From the NCBI GenBank assembly GCA_028534125.1, contig CM052832.1, positions 6,698,001 through 6,762,000 of the forward strand: a DNA stretch of 64,000 nt. Reading direction: 5' to 3'. The stretch's first letter is position 1, and the number at the start of each line of letters is the position of its first letter. The position numbers and the translations under genes are program-made. Source of the stretch: Lama glama (Eukaryota). The notes below the pieces were generated by a model. It made no database searches. It had not been told where the DNA came from and saw only the letters and a list, made by a program, of their open reading frames with translations. This document shows positions 10,710 to 24,451 of this stretch, piece by piece.

Positions 10710-12384
10710 GATCTATTGTCCAAATTCACTTCAGCATTCCCGAAATACGTATGTGCTTATTCTTTAGATTCTCTTTTGACCTGATTTTAACATCTGAGCA
10801 GTTCCCTTATTAATTAATGAGTTAAACAAAACTTTTCATTTTACATTATGTATATTTATACATATACATACATTTTTGTTTTTAAATAATCTTATTTCAT
10901 GTCTATTTTTATGTTATATATATTTATATATATGTGAAATAATGAGTTAAATAAAACCTTTCATTTTATCCTTCTACAAGACTCATAATTTTGCCTTTCT
11001 GAAATAACCTTTCAAGCGTGCTTTATAGTTTTACTTCTATAAACTGAATGATGGCAGAGATTCCCAAAGATAATAAGCAAGTGCCAAAATTAAAGAGTTG
11101 TTTTCCTTCTGCAATAGGTCATCCATTTCTGTGGTTTTCGGGGTGCACACCTTGGTGCACGCATAACTAAGAAGAGGAAATAAATTGTAGATCATACCCT
11201 TCCTTTCAGCTAAATTCCTGCTTCTATATCTTTAGAATTTTGTTTTTACTTCTCACTATTTTTTACTTATTATCCTAGTTTCTTATTGTAAGCATAATTT
11301 AGCTTTTTTTTTTGGTTTTAAAGAAGAATGTGTTTCTAAATTGAAATTCATTTCATTGGAACATTGTAAAGTTAGAAAGGACGTGTTTCTCTTCAAAGTC
11401 CCTGTAGTACATGAGACTGCAGCCTGTGCTTGGCTAAGTTATACGGCATACGTGTGGCAGAACCTTGAGATACAATTTATGATGCATACAAGAAAAGGAA
11501 ACCAGATGAAACAGCACATGCAGACACTGGTAGCGTTCTGCACCACAGAAGTGAATGATGAATTCTCCATTTCTGCAAATCTCTGTGATCCTATTAATTC
11601 CCACTTTATGCTACTGGGTTTCTTTTTTTTCCTTAGAGAATTATTTACTCAATGATCTCAAAAGGCGTAATTAGCTTCACATGCCATTGAATGGTAAGCC
11701 AACTCCTTAAAAAGTGTCTATTTTAAAAATTAGCTTAATAATTTCTGCGTCACACAATGCAAGTACCAGGTATAGTAAATGATAGTTCAAAATCTGCGTA
11801 TCATCAAGGGCTTCCTACCCTGATGGAGGAGGAATGGGCTACAGCACACTCCACTGGGTTTTCCAGGGGTTTGCATGAGAAGAGGATGCCGTGAATACCT
11901 TTGGGCCAGAAGAAACTTCCATTAACAATGAAAATGCATACAAAGGAGAAAATTCCTGCAAAGTAACTGGTCTTCTCTCTGCGATCATTAAAAAATACCA
12001 GCGAGGTCTGCCTGCCCCATCATCATGCCTTTCCTTAGATTATTTGACTTTCCCACTGGAATCCAGCTTATAGTTAGAGAAGGACAAAATACCAGCTGAA
12101 AGTACAGAACCGTGACATAATCAAATTGCTAGCACAATTCAGGCTCTAACAGAAACCGTCTCCTACGTGAGGAATTTGTGGTAATGTAAGGTTGCCACCT
12201 CTTGGAAGATTTATTTGGTTCATTATCCAATTGGTTAACCTTTCCTCACGGTGGATGTAAGGAAGGGGAAATCCTATAGCATTTACGATTTGAAGGAAAT
12301 TCTCGTTAGCAATACATTTTCTCTAAAATAAATCTATGTTGCTTGCATTCACTCTTCTTGAGCAGAAAAAAAATAAATTTTTTT

Positions 12385-12884
12385 NNNNNNNNNNNNNNNN
12401 NNNNNNNNNNNNNNNNNNNNNNNNNNNNNNNNNNNNNNNNNNNNNNNNNNNNNNNNNNNNNNNNNNNNNNNNNNNNNNNNNNNNNNNNNNNNNNNNNNNN
12501 NNNNNNNNNNNNNNNNNNNNNNNNNNNNNNNNNNNNNNNNNNNNNNNNNNNNNNNNNNNNNNNNNNNNNNNNNNNNNNNNNNNNNNNNNNNNNNNNNNNN
12601 NNNNNNNNNNNNNNNNNNNNNNNNNNNNNNNNNNNNNNNNNNNNNNNNNNNNNNNNNNNNNNNNNNNNNNNNNNNNNNNNNNNNNNNNNNNNNNNNNNNN
12701 NNNNNNNNNNNNNNNNNNNNNNNNNNNNNNNNNNNNNNNNNNNNNNNNNNNNNNNNNNNNNNNNNNNNNNNNNNNNNNNNNNNNNNNNNNNNNNNNNNNN
12801 NNNNNNNNNNNNNNNNNNNNNNNNNNNNNNNNNNNNNNNNNNNNNNNNNNNNNNNNNNNNNNNNNNNNNNNNNNNNNNNNNNNN
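12385..12884. other. Assembly gap (500 N)
   Basis: Run of exactly 500 N. Confidence 1.
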
Positions 12885-14630
12885 ACTATTGTGATTCTGA
12901 AGGTGCTGTGCATTGTAGTATGGAATAAGGCAGATGAGTAATCACATTACTAGTAAGAACCAAGATATTTGGTGGAAGAAAGGGGATGTAGATGTGAGAT
13001 TGAGAAGTCCTGGATTTGCATTGGAATGGTCAGTCTGAACACGTGGCGCATATTATCTTTCAAATGTGCTTAGATATCTTCGAGCTCGGTCCACTGAGAA
13101 GGCTTGTAAACAATAACCAGCTCAGCGCAGAGAACACCTCTAAGTCTACAGATTGTGATCTCAGAATGTGTTGAAATACTTACTAAATGAAACTGGGAAA
13201 GAAACGGCTGATTCCTTATCTGGGGCAGGAAATGGACAAGATGAGTCTGGAACATCTTGTCCTGCCAGGTGGCGAGGTGGCCCTCAGAGACCATGAGACT
13301 GTGTCAAAAGGACGCGGGAGCCAACCTGATTAGATTCGCACTAGCAATTTAACCATCAATGAGATAAAATGACAGTGGATTTAAAGTCATCAAATATGTG
13401 TAATCTGTGAGTTCGTAAGGATACTTAATAAAGTGAAAAACCTCAGTGATCTTCTCTGACAGATAATGGGCAGCAAGCCATTAAAAAAAAACTAGTTAAT
13501 AAAAGAAGAGAATCAAGTGTGTGTTTTGTCTGTCTTATGAAATTGTAGCTCTGGGTAACTCCATGGTAGATGGAAGGTCGTTCCTGCTAATGGAAGTATC
13601 CCGTGACTTAATGAAGGAGGAATACCATCATTTTGCAACTTCTAATGAAAGAGTGAATCTAGGCTTTGAGCAGGAAAGGCTGCTCATACCATAAAGAGGG
13701 ACGGCCAGGCATTACATTCCCACTGATGGAAGTGCACCACGCCATCCATGAAGGAGTCCTGCCAGACCCAGCTCTATCAAGCCTCCAGAGCTAACTAACA
13801 GGACCTGCAGATAAGAGAGAAACTAGTGGTGTGATACTCTGTGAAACGCATAGAGAAAACCCAGACTGGGGAGAATTCTAAATAACAAGTAACATGGTTT
13901 CACCATCAACAGCGACAGACTGCGAGGAAGAGACAAAGAAGAGTTGGAGCAGGACCCTCTAGATGAAAAGAGACACGAGAGACACAGTCATTTAGATCCC
14001 AATTTTAAATAAGCAAAATGTTAAGCCAAGGAAGGAAAGAAGGGAGGAAGGGACAGCAGGATGGGGCCACGGAGGGAAAAGAGGAGGGGAGGAAAGAGAA
14101 CATTATTGGTGCAGGTGGAGAAATGTGGACACTGGCAGGACTTTGGATGTTGCTGAGGGAGTGTTCTTGCTTTGGGAGCTGTGTGACGATTGTGATGGTG
14201 ATTTCAGAAGAGGAGCCCTTGTCTTTGAGGGAGAGACACCGAAATATTTACAGGTGAAAGGACATGACGTCAGACAGCATCTTCAAAATAACCTGGAATG
14301 GGTGTGGGTGGTGGGGGACGAGGAGCAGTGGTGCTCAGACTTGACTTTGCATCAGCACCACCTGGAGGCCTTGTTAAGATACAGATACTGGTCTCACCTC
14401 CAGAGTTCCGGTTCAGCTTTGGGTGTGGCCGAGAACTTGCCTTTCGAACAGGTTCCCAGATGGTGCTGGTTCTGTTGGTCTGGGGACCACACTCCGGAAC
14501 CCACTGGCAGAGAGGAAGCAAGGTTGGTCCCAAGCTATCGCTGCACTTGGGTGGTGGGTACATAAAGTTCGTTCTGCTCTTCTCTCTGCTTCTGAACATG
14601 TCTGAGATTTTCAGCCATAAATGTTAAAAA
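12885..14630 (+). mobile_element. Old L1 (L1MC-type) 3' region, interrupted by MER5A
   Basis: GGCTGATTCCTTATCTGGGGCAGGAAATGGACAAGATGAGTCTGGAACATCTTGT and terminal GGGTACATAAAGTTCGTTCTGCTCTTCTCTCTGCTTCTG...CATAAA. Confidence 0.7.
14326..14506 (+). mobile_element. MER5A-like hAT-Charlie MITE
   Basis: TIRs CAGTGGTGCTC.../...GAACCCACTG, with internal GCATCAGCACCACCTGGAGG and GGTCTGGGGACCACACT. Confidence 0.85.
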
Positions 14631-15097
14631 CAAACTTAAGTGATTCAGAAAGACACGCAGGACAAGCAAACTCTGACAACCCACAGTTGTGACGTGGACA
14701 CCTGTGCTCATGAGCAAAGCAGACTTGGCTGCTGCCTCTGGAACGGAAAGGTTCACATCCCTTCCTGTCCCCTCGGGGGTTACTGCCCTGGCTCGGCTGT
14801 CAGTTCCCTTGGAGAACTGCCCGGCCCGAGGGGCAGGAGAGTGGTCTTTGTCTCGGGGTCTGCATCACGCTGCATCCGTTTCCTTAATGCGACCGGTCGT
14901 TGGAAGAGCAGGGGTTTGGATGAATCCTAAGATTTTTCTGGTCACTTCAGGTGGGCTGGGTGCTTCTGGGCAGAGCCGTGCTAGGGTTCAGCTGTCAGGG
15001 ACGAGGGTGATTCCTGAACCCAGATGCCTGTGTGTCCTCCTGCAGGGAGGCACCTCTGCTGGTCTGCTGATTTGAGCCCCTCTACTTGCCTTTTTAG

Positions 15098-15620
15098 ATT
15101 CATTTATTTATTTATTCACTCATACTTTAGATGTTACTTGAAGTAACTTGTCAGGCTCGTGTACTCGGCTAGCCCTTGAGAACGCAGCTGGAAACAGGGG
15201 AGGCAGAAACCCCTGCTGGGGTGGAGATGGCGTTCTCGTTACAGCAAAAAACGAGTAGAGAACTGGGTGAGCACGTTCAGATGGTGAAAAGGGCTATGAG
15301 TAAAGTCAGAAGGAAGGCGCTGGATCGTGATGGAGTCTGGGTGTGTGTGCACGGGCAGGTGCACGCGTGTGTGCAAGTGTTTTGTTTGGGTGATGGAGGA
15401 AGGCTTCTCCAAGGAGCTCAGCCCTGATGGTGAGGAGGATCCTAGACACTTTCAGACAAAAGCGATAGCAAGTGTGAAGGCCCTGAGATGGGAAAGGGCT
15501 TGGCCTTTTTCTGGAATGCCGCGAAGCGCAGTGCATCCGGGATGTGGAGAGCAGAGGGGCAAATGCTGAGATGGGCTGAGAGGGAGAGCAGACAAGAGCC
15601 CGGGTTCGTGGGCCTTATAG
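15098..15620 (-). mobile_element. L2 LINE, degenerate
   Basis: ATTCATTTATT tail-like start and GGAAGGCTTCTCCAAGGAG...AAGGCCCTGAGATGGGAAAGGGCTTGG. Confidence 0.55.
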
Positions 15621-16391
15621 CCATCAGCCCGGCTGCTCACATACAGACCCCAGACACCTTCCAGGCTGTCCGTCATCCCCAGCCATCAAAAGTACATTCT
15701 GTGTAGAGAAACAGGGCTCTGTTTTAATGGGGAAGCCCCCTAGAGACTCTGGTCTGTAGGAAAATGAGTGTTTTGTATAAGCAATTGAATTGTATAATAC
15801 AGCCAGTGTGCTGGACCAACCTATTAAAAATCCAATAATTTTACTTCAAAATCACTACATGCTCTCCATGCCTATAATTTCACCCTAAAAACACAATTTA
15901 CTCCCTTTGTAATATGATGCACCGTACAGACGGCTCCACAATGGGTCACCCTGTAAGTTATCCATCATAATGCTAATATAAATGAATTGAGTGCTGTGTC
16001 CTTGAAAAGATAATTTAAGAGAGAAAAGCATAAAGAAGGAACCTCCAGGGAAGAAACAATTTGAAAAAGGAAAAAATGAAGATGCATCAGGAAAAAAAGA
16101 AGCAAACCTACCTATTGGACAATTTGGAGTGAGGCTCTGCTTCCTGAATAAGTCTATGTCCTCCTGCCAAGATTTGTCAGAGCAGGGCTTCTTTTGTTGA
16201 AATAACACATGTGTTTCCTCTGTAGCGCTTTGCTAAACAGAGTATGAAATAACTCCCCTTTAGGGGAACAGAGCAATGGTTACAGTATGTGGTTTTCTCT
16301 TTGATCCGCCCTGGACCTGCGTGCTGGACTTCCCCTCTGCCAACTACAGGAACTCTCACTAGCACGGTGTGACGTTGTCATGACCGTGGAA

Positions 16392-16589
16392 CAGCGTTGT
16401 GCTGGATGGGGGCAGCGCAAACGGCTGGCGTGAACGATTATTGTCACTTCCCAACTCTGCGATCAGTGACTTTATCTGGGCTGCTCAAAATCAGCCCCGA
16501 TGGGGATATTCACACCACAGAAATCAGCAAATGCTACACATCGGGGTTTTCAGAGAGCCGACTGTTAAGCATTTACCAGCACGTTGCTG
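16392..16589 (+). mobile_element. MER63-like hAT-Blackjack MITE
   Basis: TIRs CAGCGTTGTGCTGG / CCAGCACGTTGCTG, 8-bp flanks CCGTGGAA / CCGTGAAC, and internal GAGAGCCGACTGTTAAGCATTTACCAGCAC. Confidence 0.75.
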
Positions 16590-16899
16590 CCGTGAACCAT
16601 AAAAAAAGTAGAATTTAGGATATGCTGTGGCATATGAAAAAAATAACCCTGTTTTTCGTTTTGCTCCTTGATCAGATGTCAGTGGTATTTAAATTTGTGT
16701 TCATCTTGTATCCTTGACATTCCGGCTATATTTATGTACCTATAGATCCCATTTACCTTCTCAAAAACTTTGCCTGGCATTCCATGGTCGACCAGATAGA
16801 CACTAAGGGTCCCTTGAGGTTTCAAGTCATTTGATCTTTTCTGCCTTGTCTACCCTGGGCTCCTCATCAAATTTAACCGTCAATGTGCCTCACCCTCAC

Positions 16900-17280
16900 C
16901 CCCCACACACCCTATTCTTCTTTGCTCTGGATGTTTCTGCCCCTGCCTGGAGGGCTCTCCTCATCCCTTCTCTGTCCGACAAAGTCTTACCCATGTTTCA
17001 AGGTCAGAGCAGAAGTCACGTCCTGCTCCCTGAGGCTCATGTGCCCCAGCTCCCTTCAGTGTTGCTCTTTTTCTGGTGCGCTCACCAGATGCCATCTGTC
17101 CCTTCCCAGCCACCATCACCGTCGCCTTGTTGTACAGCTGTGTGTCTCCAAGTTTTATCTCCTCGCCTGGATTTTCAGCCCCTTGAGGATAGTTGAATTT
17201 TGCTTACTCATCATTTTATCCTTTAGAGCAACTGGTGTAAAGCCTTGTACAGGGTCACTCAGTAAGTGTTAGTTGGATTA
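16900..17280 (+). mobile_element. L2 LINE 3' portion, degenerate
   Basis: TTTCTGCCCCTGCCTGGAGGGCTCTCC...CAAGGTCAGAGCAGAAGTCAC...CACTCAGTAAGTGTTAGTTG. Confidence 0.55.
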
Positions 17281-17333
17281 TCCGCATGTATGATTTCATA
17301 TTCCCCGCCCTGCCCTGGACAACACAGTAAGTG

Positions 17334-17376
17334 CCACACACACACACACACACACACTCACACACACACACACACA
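17334..17376. repeat. (CA)n microsatellite
   Basis: Interrupted CA run. Confidence 0.95.
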
Positions 17377-17435
17377 GTTTTATTAGTCTAAATATTTCTA
17401 CTTGTAGACTGATTTCATTTAGCATGGGAAGTGCC

Positions 17436-17501
17436 TTGTTGAAGACTAGACTCAAATTTGTTGAAGACTAGACTCAAATTTGTTGAATACGAGACTCAAA
17501 T
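17436..17501. repeat. 22-bp tandem repeat x3 (TTGTTGAAGACTAGACTCAAAT)
   Basis: Units 17436-17457 and 17458-17479 are identical; unit 17480-17501 has 2 substitutions. Confidence 0.95.
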
Positions 17502-18409
17502 GTAGTCCAAAATGAGGATCAACCACAGAACTCCTGCCTTTGGTCTAAAATGTCACCTTTCTCATCAGCCTGCAAAATTGGGCCACTCTGTCCAGTCATG
17601 GGTTAGAAAGGCGCCAATCTGTTACAAATCATAACCTCCAATGGCCGCTGAAGGTGTGCCTGCACTTCTCCTGGGCAGAGATCCTGCCAGAATGGTAGTG
17701 AATTCTACTGGTACTTTTGTAACCAATGATAAAAAGAAAACCAGTCAGATTTTTTTCCTTTGCTCACTTCTACTGTGAAAGAAGTCTGTTCCCTGCTTGG
17801 TTTGTTCACTCATTAAATAATTACTGCCTTCTCATGCCAGCCCCTCTGCTAAAGTCTGAAGCTACAAGGGCGAATTACCCACGGCCCTGCCCTTCAGGGG
17901 TTCACAGTCAGGAAAAGAGACTGAAAAACCAGCCGGATGTGTTCAAAGTCTTGGGCAGCATCGAGCCCCGAGGCTCCGACAATGACCCACATCAGTGCGT
18001 CTGCCCATTAGACTCTGCCATCTGTCCCCGTGTGAGACGTTTGGTCTAACTCCTTTCCACTGGCCGCTTTTGGTTCGAATGACCTTGGCGACAGCCTGAA
18101 ATCCTGGATGCTTTTAGAGTTACGGGTCTGCACTTCTGTGCTTCAAATAGAAATTCAGAAACCTCTCATTATCTCCTCTTACCAGCCTCCCTGGATGACT
18201 GACGACCAGCTCTTTAGTCACTCCAAGAATGGATTTCTGTCTAGCCCGTGCCCAGGGTGCATTAGGATGCCGGGAACATGTGCAGTTGCTCTGAACTGCA
18301 TAGGGCAATTAGCAGAAGCCAAGCAATTTGCAAAACGCCTCAACTTCCTGCTCTTTTCTGAGGCAAAAAAATGGTCACACCTTAACCTCAGGAGGCTGTC
18401 TGCGGAATC

Positions 18410-19013
<604 letters not shown>

Positions 19014-20605
19014 TGACAGATTCTTTTTAGCTTAAAGGAAGCAAGACTTTGGTTCCTAGTTTTCAGCGCATGATCTGCGCCAGAAATGCATGTGGTGAGT
19101 GCATGGCTCTGTTAATTAGAAGTTCAAAGGGGGACCGTCACGTTAATTTTGAATGTGATGAGGTTTACCCTTGTCTGCTTTTTCTTCTTGCCTTGTCTCT
19201 TAGGTGATTCCCCACTCATCTCTTTCACAGTAGACATGTTTTGGTAGTCTTGTATCTGTGTCAATAAGAATTAGCCAGTCCTTAATGCTGCGAGGGGTTT
19301 TAAATCAGTGACGAAAAGAGGAAAGCGCATTAATAAGCATCGCACCCAGGGCACCCTGGTAATAGTGGGACATTAACCCCTTTGTGGAATGTCCCTCACA
19401 TATGCCGCGATGTGGTCTTCTCTTCAAATTGAACAAAAGCTACAGCCGGTTGGCAGTTTCAGTCTCCGGCTCTCTGGAAATGGAAGTTGGAGAGCAGCTG
19501 TTTAAATTTTCTTTGTTAGGCAAAAGACGCAAGTCATTTTCCCTGAGCAGTTGTCCGTATAGAAAAGTTCAGGGAGAAATAAATTCTGCGTCTCGAGTCA
19601 GAGTGTTCCAGGGCGCTGCTCCTCGCCGGTTATCTGCAGCAGTTGTTTGATTGGCATGGGCGATCATCTCCTGATGACATACATTCTGTTTTCTTTCCTC
19701 CTTTGGCTTTATGTTATGAAAAAGATACCATGCTTATGAAATGGGGATTTTGATTTCTTCTCTCATATCGAAAAAAAGAACTAGCAGAGGCTTCTTATTT
19801 GAACAGTGCACAGACGACAACAAAAAGGACAGTTGCTCATTGTGTGACGGGAGGAGGGAACGGGAAATTACACTGCATAATTATTTTCCACCCTCCCTTG
19901 GGCTTTACTTAAAGGAAGACCCTGAATTCTTTACTTTGGGGTGTGCAGGTGACATCCTGGTGCTCCCTGGGCGGGAACTGATGTGTTCACCAGCGTGACA
20001 CAGGGCTCTGTCGTTTAAAATTGCAGTTCTGAACACTTTTTTGAAATGGATTCAAGAATCTGACTAGTAGTTTCTGCCTATTTTAAATGTGTGGTCCTGT
20101 GTTTACTAGTTCATATGCCGGTGTCGTGAGGTGTGTAGCACCTGCCATACTGAGGTTCAGAGGGTCTGGTGCTGCCTGTGGTCGTATCCACAGTGGAAAA
20201 TGCGTGGACACACTCACAGCTCTGCTGGTCATACCAGCCATGTACACTCCAGAAGGGAGCAGTCTTCAAAGCCCCTCCAGTTTACGTCCAGTTTAAAGTC
20301 TGATGTGGGTAACTGAGTGGAGACATCGCCCAGCACCTGCTGAAATAGAATTATGTGCACCTAAAGTAAAACTTTGCAGCTCCCTTCTGTTCTTAACAGT
20401 TCCCTTTTAATTACATGCTTGCCCTGTGACCATCATAACATAATGCAGACTTTTTTGGTCCAAGAAATGACAGTGAGAAAATATTTATTAAGGGATCTGC
20501 AGTATGCCAGGTATTGGGCTCATACAGGAGGGAGTTAAAGTATTCTTATATGACATAGGTATCTGTGATGTAGATGTAAAAATAACCACTTGCCCAATAT
20601 TTCTT

Positions 20606-21031
20606 TTTTTATCATTGCTTTTCATTTTTTAATTGAAATATAGTTGATTTGTAATGTTTCAGGTGCACAGCAAAGTGATTCAGTTATATATATTCTTTTT
20701 CAGATTCTTTTCCATTATAGGTTGTTACAATATATTGAATATAGTTCCCTGTGCTATTCAGTGGGTCCTTGTTGTTTATCTATTTTATATGTAGTAGTAT
20801 GTATCTGTTAATCCCAGACTCCTAATTTATCCCCTCCTCTTCCCCCACCACTGGTAACCATAAGTTTGTTTTCTGTGTCTGTGAGTCTATTTCTGTTTTG
20901 TAAATAACTTCATGTGTATCATTTTTTTAGATTCCATGTATCATATCATATGATGTTTGTCTTTCTCTGTCTGACTTAATTTCACTTTGTATGATCATCT
21001 CTAGGTCCCTCCACATTGCTGCAAATTTAAT
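20606..21031 (-). mobile_element. 5'-truncated L1
   Basis: L1 3'UTR and ORF2 end, with TSD TTGCCCAATATTTCTT (20590-20605) / TTGCCCAGCATTTCTT (21032-21047). Confidence 0.9.
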
Positions 21032-21424
21032 TTGCCCAGCATTTCTTAAAGACAGAGAATGTTTTACCGAACTAAGGGGACACAGAATTCTTCTAGCTGG
21101 TTTAGTTGAGTGATTGGGATGGCTTCATGGAGAAAGTGGTACTTGAACTTGAAGATGGGTAGATTTCGATAGATGGGTAGAAAGAGCGGGGCACAGGGAT
21201 GGGAAGGCATTGCATTTTGCAGTCAAGTGAGTCCGTGCATCTGTGAGAAATTGGAGGGGAGACAGGGAAGGAGGGGACTTAGGGCCAGATTATGAAGTGG
21301 CTCACACTGTTCAGCAGAAATGTATGGCGTTTTCTGGGAAGAGTCCCACCAGAGAGCTACCTTATATGCCCTTCCTGCTGAATAGCTTTGAAACAATGGA
21401 CTTGTTTCTTTGGAAATCCAAACT

Positions 21425-21580
21425 AATCTTTTTGTGCCTTGGTTTTCTCATCTGTAACATGGGGATAATAGTAGTTCCTACCTCATTGGCTTGGAAGGAG
21501 GATTAAAGGAAATTATACCTGTAAAATAATTAACATAATGCCTGACACCTATTTAGTCTTCAGTTAATGTTAGCTGTCAC
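21425..21580 (+). mobile_element. MIR SINE
   Basis: TGTGCCTTGGTTTTCTCATCTGTAACATGGGGATAATAGTAGTTCCTACCTCAT. Confidence 0.85.
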
Positions 21581-23449
21581 CATCATTGTCATCTTTTTAG
21601 AATTCTCTCAAGGTAATAGGTTACTTTCAGCAGTTTATTGAGGTATCCTACCTCCAGCTGAGTTTACAATGACAGTCCAGGACACAGACAGTGTTCCCCC
21701 ATTCCCCCAAACACACACATACACACACACACACACACAGAGCCTAGCAACTTAGAAAATATGGCCCTTCCTTTCAGACATGTAATCCTTTAATGTAAAG
21801 CAGTGACACTATTATCAAGCAAAATTAAGACACTCCGAAGAGGTTTACTGAGAAGGCCTCTATGCTCCTTATTTGAAGGTGAACGTGGCTTACTGTCATG
21901 AGGAGAGGGTCAGATGTAAGATTCCGGCACAAAACAAAGTTTCTCCAAAGGTAAACTTCATCAATTATAAATTTCAGGTGCACAGAACAGCCAGGACTTG
22001 CTTCCAAGTCTTTAATATCAGAGAAAATGGAGGCCCCAGGTGAGGGTCTGTCTCACCTGCCAGCATCCAGCTTGATCTCAGGCTTTTTTGCTTTGTACAG
22101 ACCCTCCCTTCCACCTGTAGCCCCAGTGGGAAGGCAGCCATGCCAGGGTTATGCAACCAGCAGGCTCTTTTCGCAAATGCAGTGGTTTATTTGAAAGAGG
22201 TGGAGACAAATGGAAATCTAGTGACTTATGGCAACTTAGAAAGCTGTATCCTCAAATGGGGGGTCCCAGCTGACTGTGCTGGGGACCCTTCAGCCTCCAA
22301 TTTCTGAAATTTTGCCAAAGCTGCTAGAACAATGACACCAAAAGGAGGAGGAAATCGGGCAAATAGAGTTCCACCATATTTGTCTTCCCCTAGAAATCCC
22401 ATTGGCCACTTTTGAATGGATAGCTTGTAAAAGCATTTCTGGCAAGGTGACAGTTTTTTAAATGTGATTGCTCCAATGGCACTCAGGGATCTGAAGTGAC
22501 AGGGCCAGGTGCAGATCTGAGGGAAAAGCATTCCAGGAGAGGGAACAGAAGACGCAAAGAGAGGCCATCTTATCTGTATTCTTACTCAGCTCCCCCCACC
22601 CTTAACCTATTTCAATCCTTCATTCATTCAGGGGCCTACTGAGGCTGTCAGTATCTTGTGCCATAATTTTTATTTCTTAAGGCTGTTCCTTTTTAGAAAT
22701 TGTGCTTAAGCTAACTCCCTCATGTTACATTTTACGCCTGGTGGTTCTCTTAGAGGAGGGAGAAATGTCGGCAGAAATTCGTCCTCAGCATAATAATTCT
22801 TCATACCCTTGAAATCTTAGGTTTGCTGTAGGACTTTTCTTTCCCCTTCTGAAAGCCCAGGGCTTTTCTAAGGTGACTCATCAGTCCTACTTCTTCTGTT
22901 CTGCTTTTGAGAACGTCCCAGGATCCTCCCAATCCAAGTAACCTTGGGCAAGTCTCTTAACCTTTCTGGACAGGTGGTAACGAAGCTGAGAAAGGTACTT
23001 GATGCTTTGTGGATTCCGTTTTCTCTTTTCACCAAAAGTATGGTGGGCTTGACTCATCGTCTGTGTCATGCTGTTGTGTGAGTTATGGAAAAAAAAGAAA
23101 ACCCAAACAGCACATCTTGGCCACTAAGTATGATGAAATCTCTTTGTCATTTGAACCATTGGAAGTTTGGCATGACTTATTTTGTTTGGCGAAAGTCATA
23201 GGAGAAGGATGGAGCTGAGTGGGTATGATCCACCTCGCACTCTGCTTTGGGGACAGACATGTGACACAGGTGAGTATGTGGGCACTGGGTATCAGGATTG
23301 ATCTGGAAGAAAAACTTGTGGGTATTTGTTAGGGGAGCTCATCAAGCTTCGTGCCTATTTCCTAGGCTTTTTGCAAACACAGTCGTGGGCAAAGGATCTG
23401 GCTACAGTCATGACCTTTCTGGTTCTGCAGAACTCTGAAGCTCTTTCAG

Positions 23450-23589
23450 GGGGAGGGTATGGCTCAAGTGGTAGAGTGTGTGCTTAGCATGCATAAGGGC
23501 CTGGGTTCAATCCCCAGTACCTTCTCCAAAAGTGAATGCATAAACCTAATTACCTCCCCCCTCCAAAAAAAATTTTAAAAATAAATAAA
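23450..23589 (+). mobile_element. tRNA-derived camelid SINE (Vic-1 type)
   Basis: GGGGAGGGTATGGCTCAAGTGGTAGAG (A box)...GGGTTCAATCCCCAG (B box), A-rich tail, and TSD CTCTTTCAG (23441-23449 / 23590-23598). Confidence 0.9.
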
Positions 23590-24451
23590 CTCTTTCAGAA
23601 TCTTCCTCTGATAATAAAATAGACTAGAATGGAGGCTATTTTGAAAATGGGTGAAATTAATGCAAAACTGAATGGTAGACATTAACCCTCAAAAATACTT
23701 GAAGAAACTTCACGTTGGGAAATGTGCACCATTGCGTATTGTCTCGCCTCTTGAAGAAAGAAGCCAACACCTTTCACAGAGTGGAGGAAGGGATTTTATG
23801 CGGGTGACAGATGTTCCCGGCGAAGGTTAACAGGCAGACTTCTCAGCCACCTTAGGAAAAGACAAGGGACAGTATTCAACTAATGACATTGTTAAGCAGG
23901 AAAGTCCACTAAAAACCCGCTTCTCTGTTTAGAGTCTTGACTGTCGGAAGGTAATGGAAACACTGACAGTTGCTACCTCTAACCTGAGCGTCAGATTTAT
24001 TACAAACAACAACAACAACACAGCAGTTTCTTCATTAACATTGTTCTCCTTAAGAGACAGGTTTTAATGTAAAACTCAGGGAGGACCATTTGCATCCTTA
24101 GAGCTTCCGTTTGAGTACATCTATCAATAATTTATAATAGTCTGTTTTAGTGCTTTCTGATGAAACTTAAAACTGACAAGTAGGAAAGGAAATGACACCT
24201 GAAACGTTTATTATTGCTGAGTCTGTTGAGGTTGTAAGCTTAAACAGCATCACAGCTTTGTGGCGAATAATCCAGTTTTCCAGGGAGGTCGTAAGCCCTC
24301 CAGCTCATGCCTGGCCTAGAATTTCTTTATGTAAAGGAAATGTATCTTTTCCAAGCTCTAAATCTAAGCTGACTCCAACTATTAGTTATAAAAAAAACTG
24401 GGAGACTCTTTGATGAGGACTTCACGCAGGTAAAAAGTTATGAGCTCTTCA

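Noticed and set aside
12323..12941. Long ORFs spanning the first N gap
   Set aside because: Artefacts of translating N.
17436..17501. Possible CRISPR-like repeat
   Set aside because: The units are contiguous with no spacers, and the context is mammalian.
23450..23525. tRNA-Ala-like sequence
   Set aside because: It is followed by a SINE body and A-tail and has a TSD, so it is a SINE head and not a tRNA gene.
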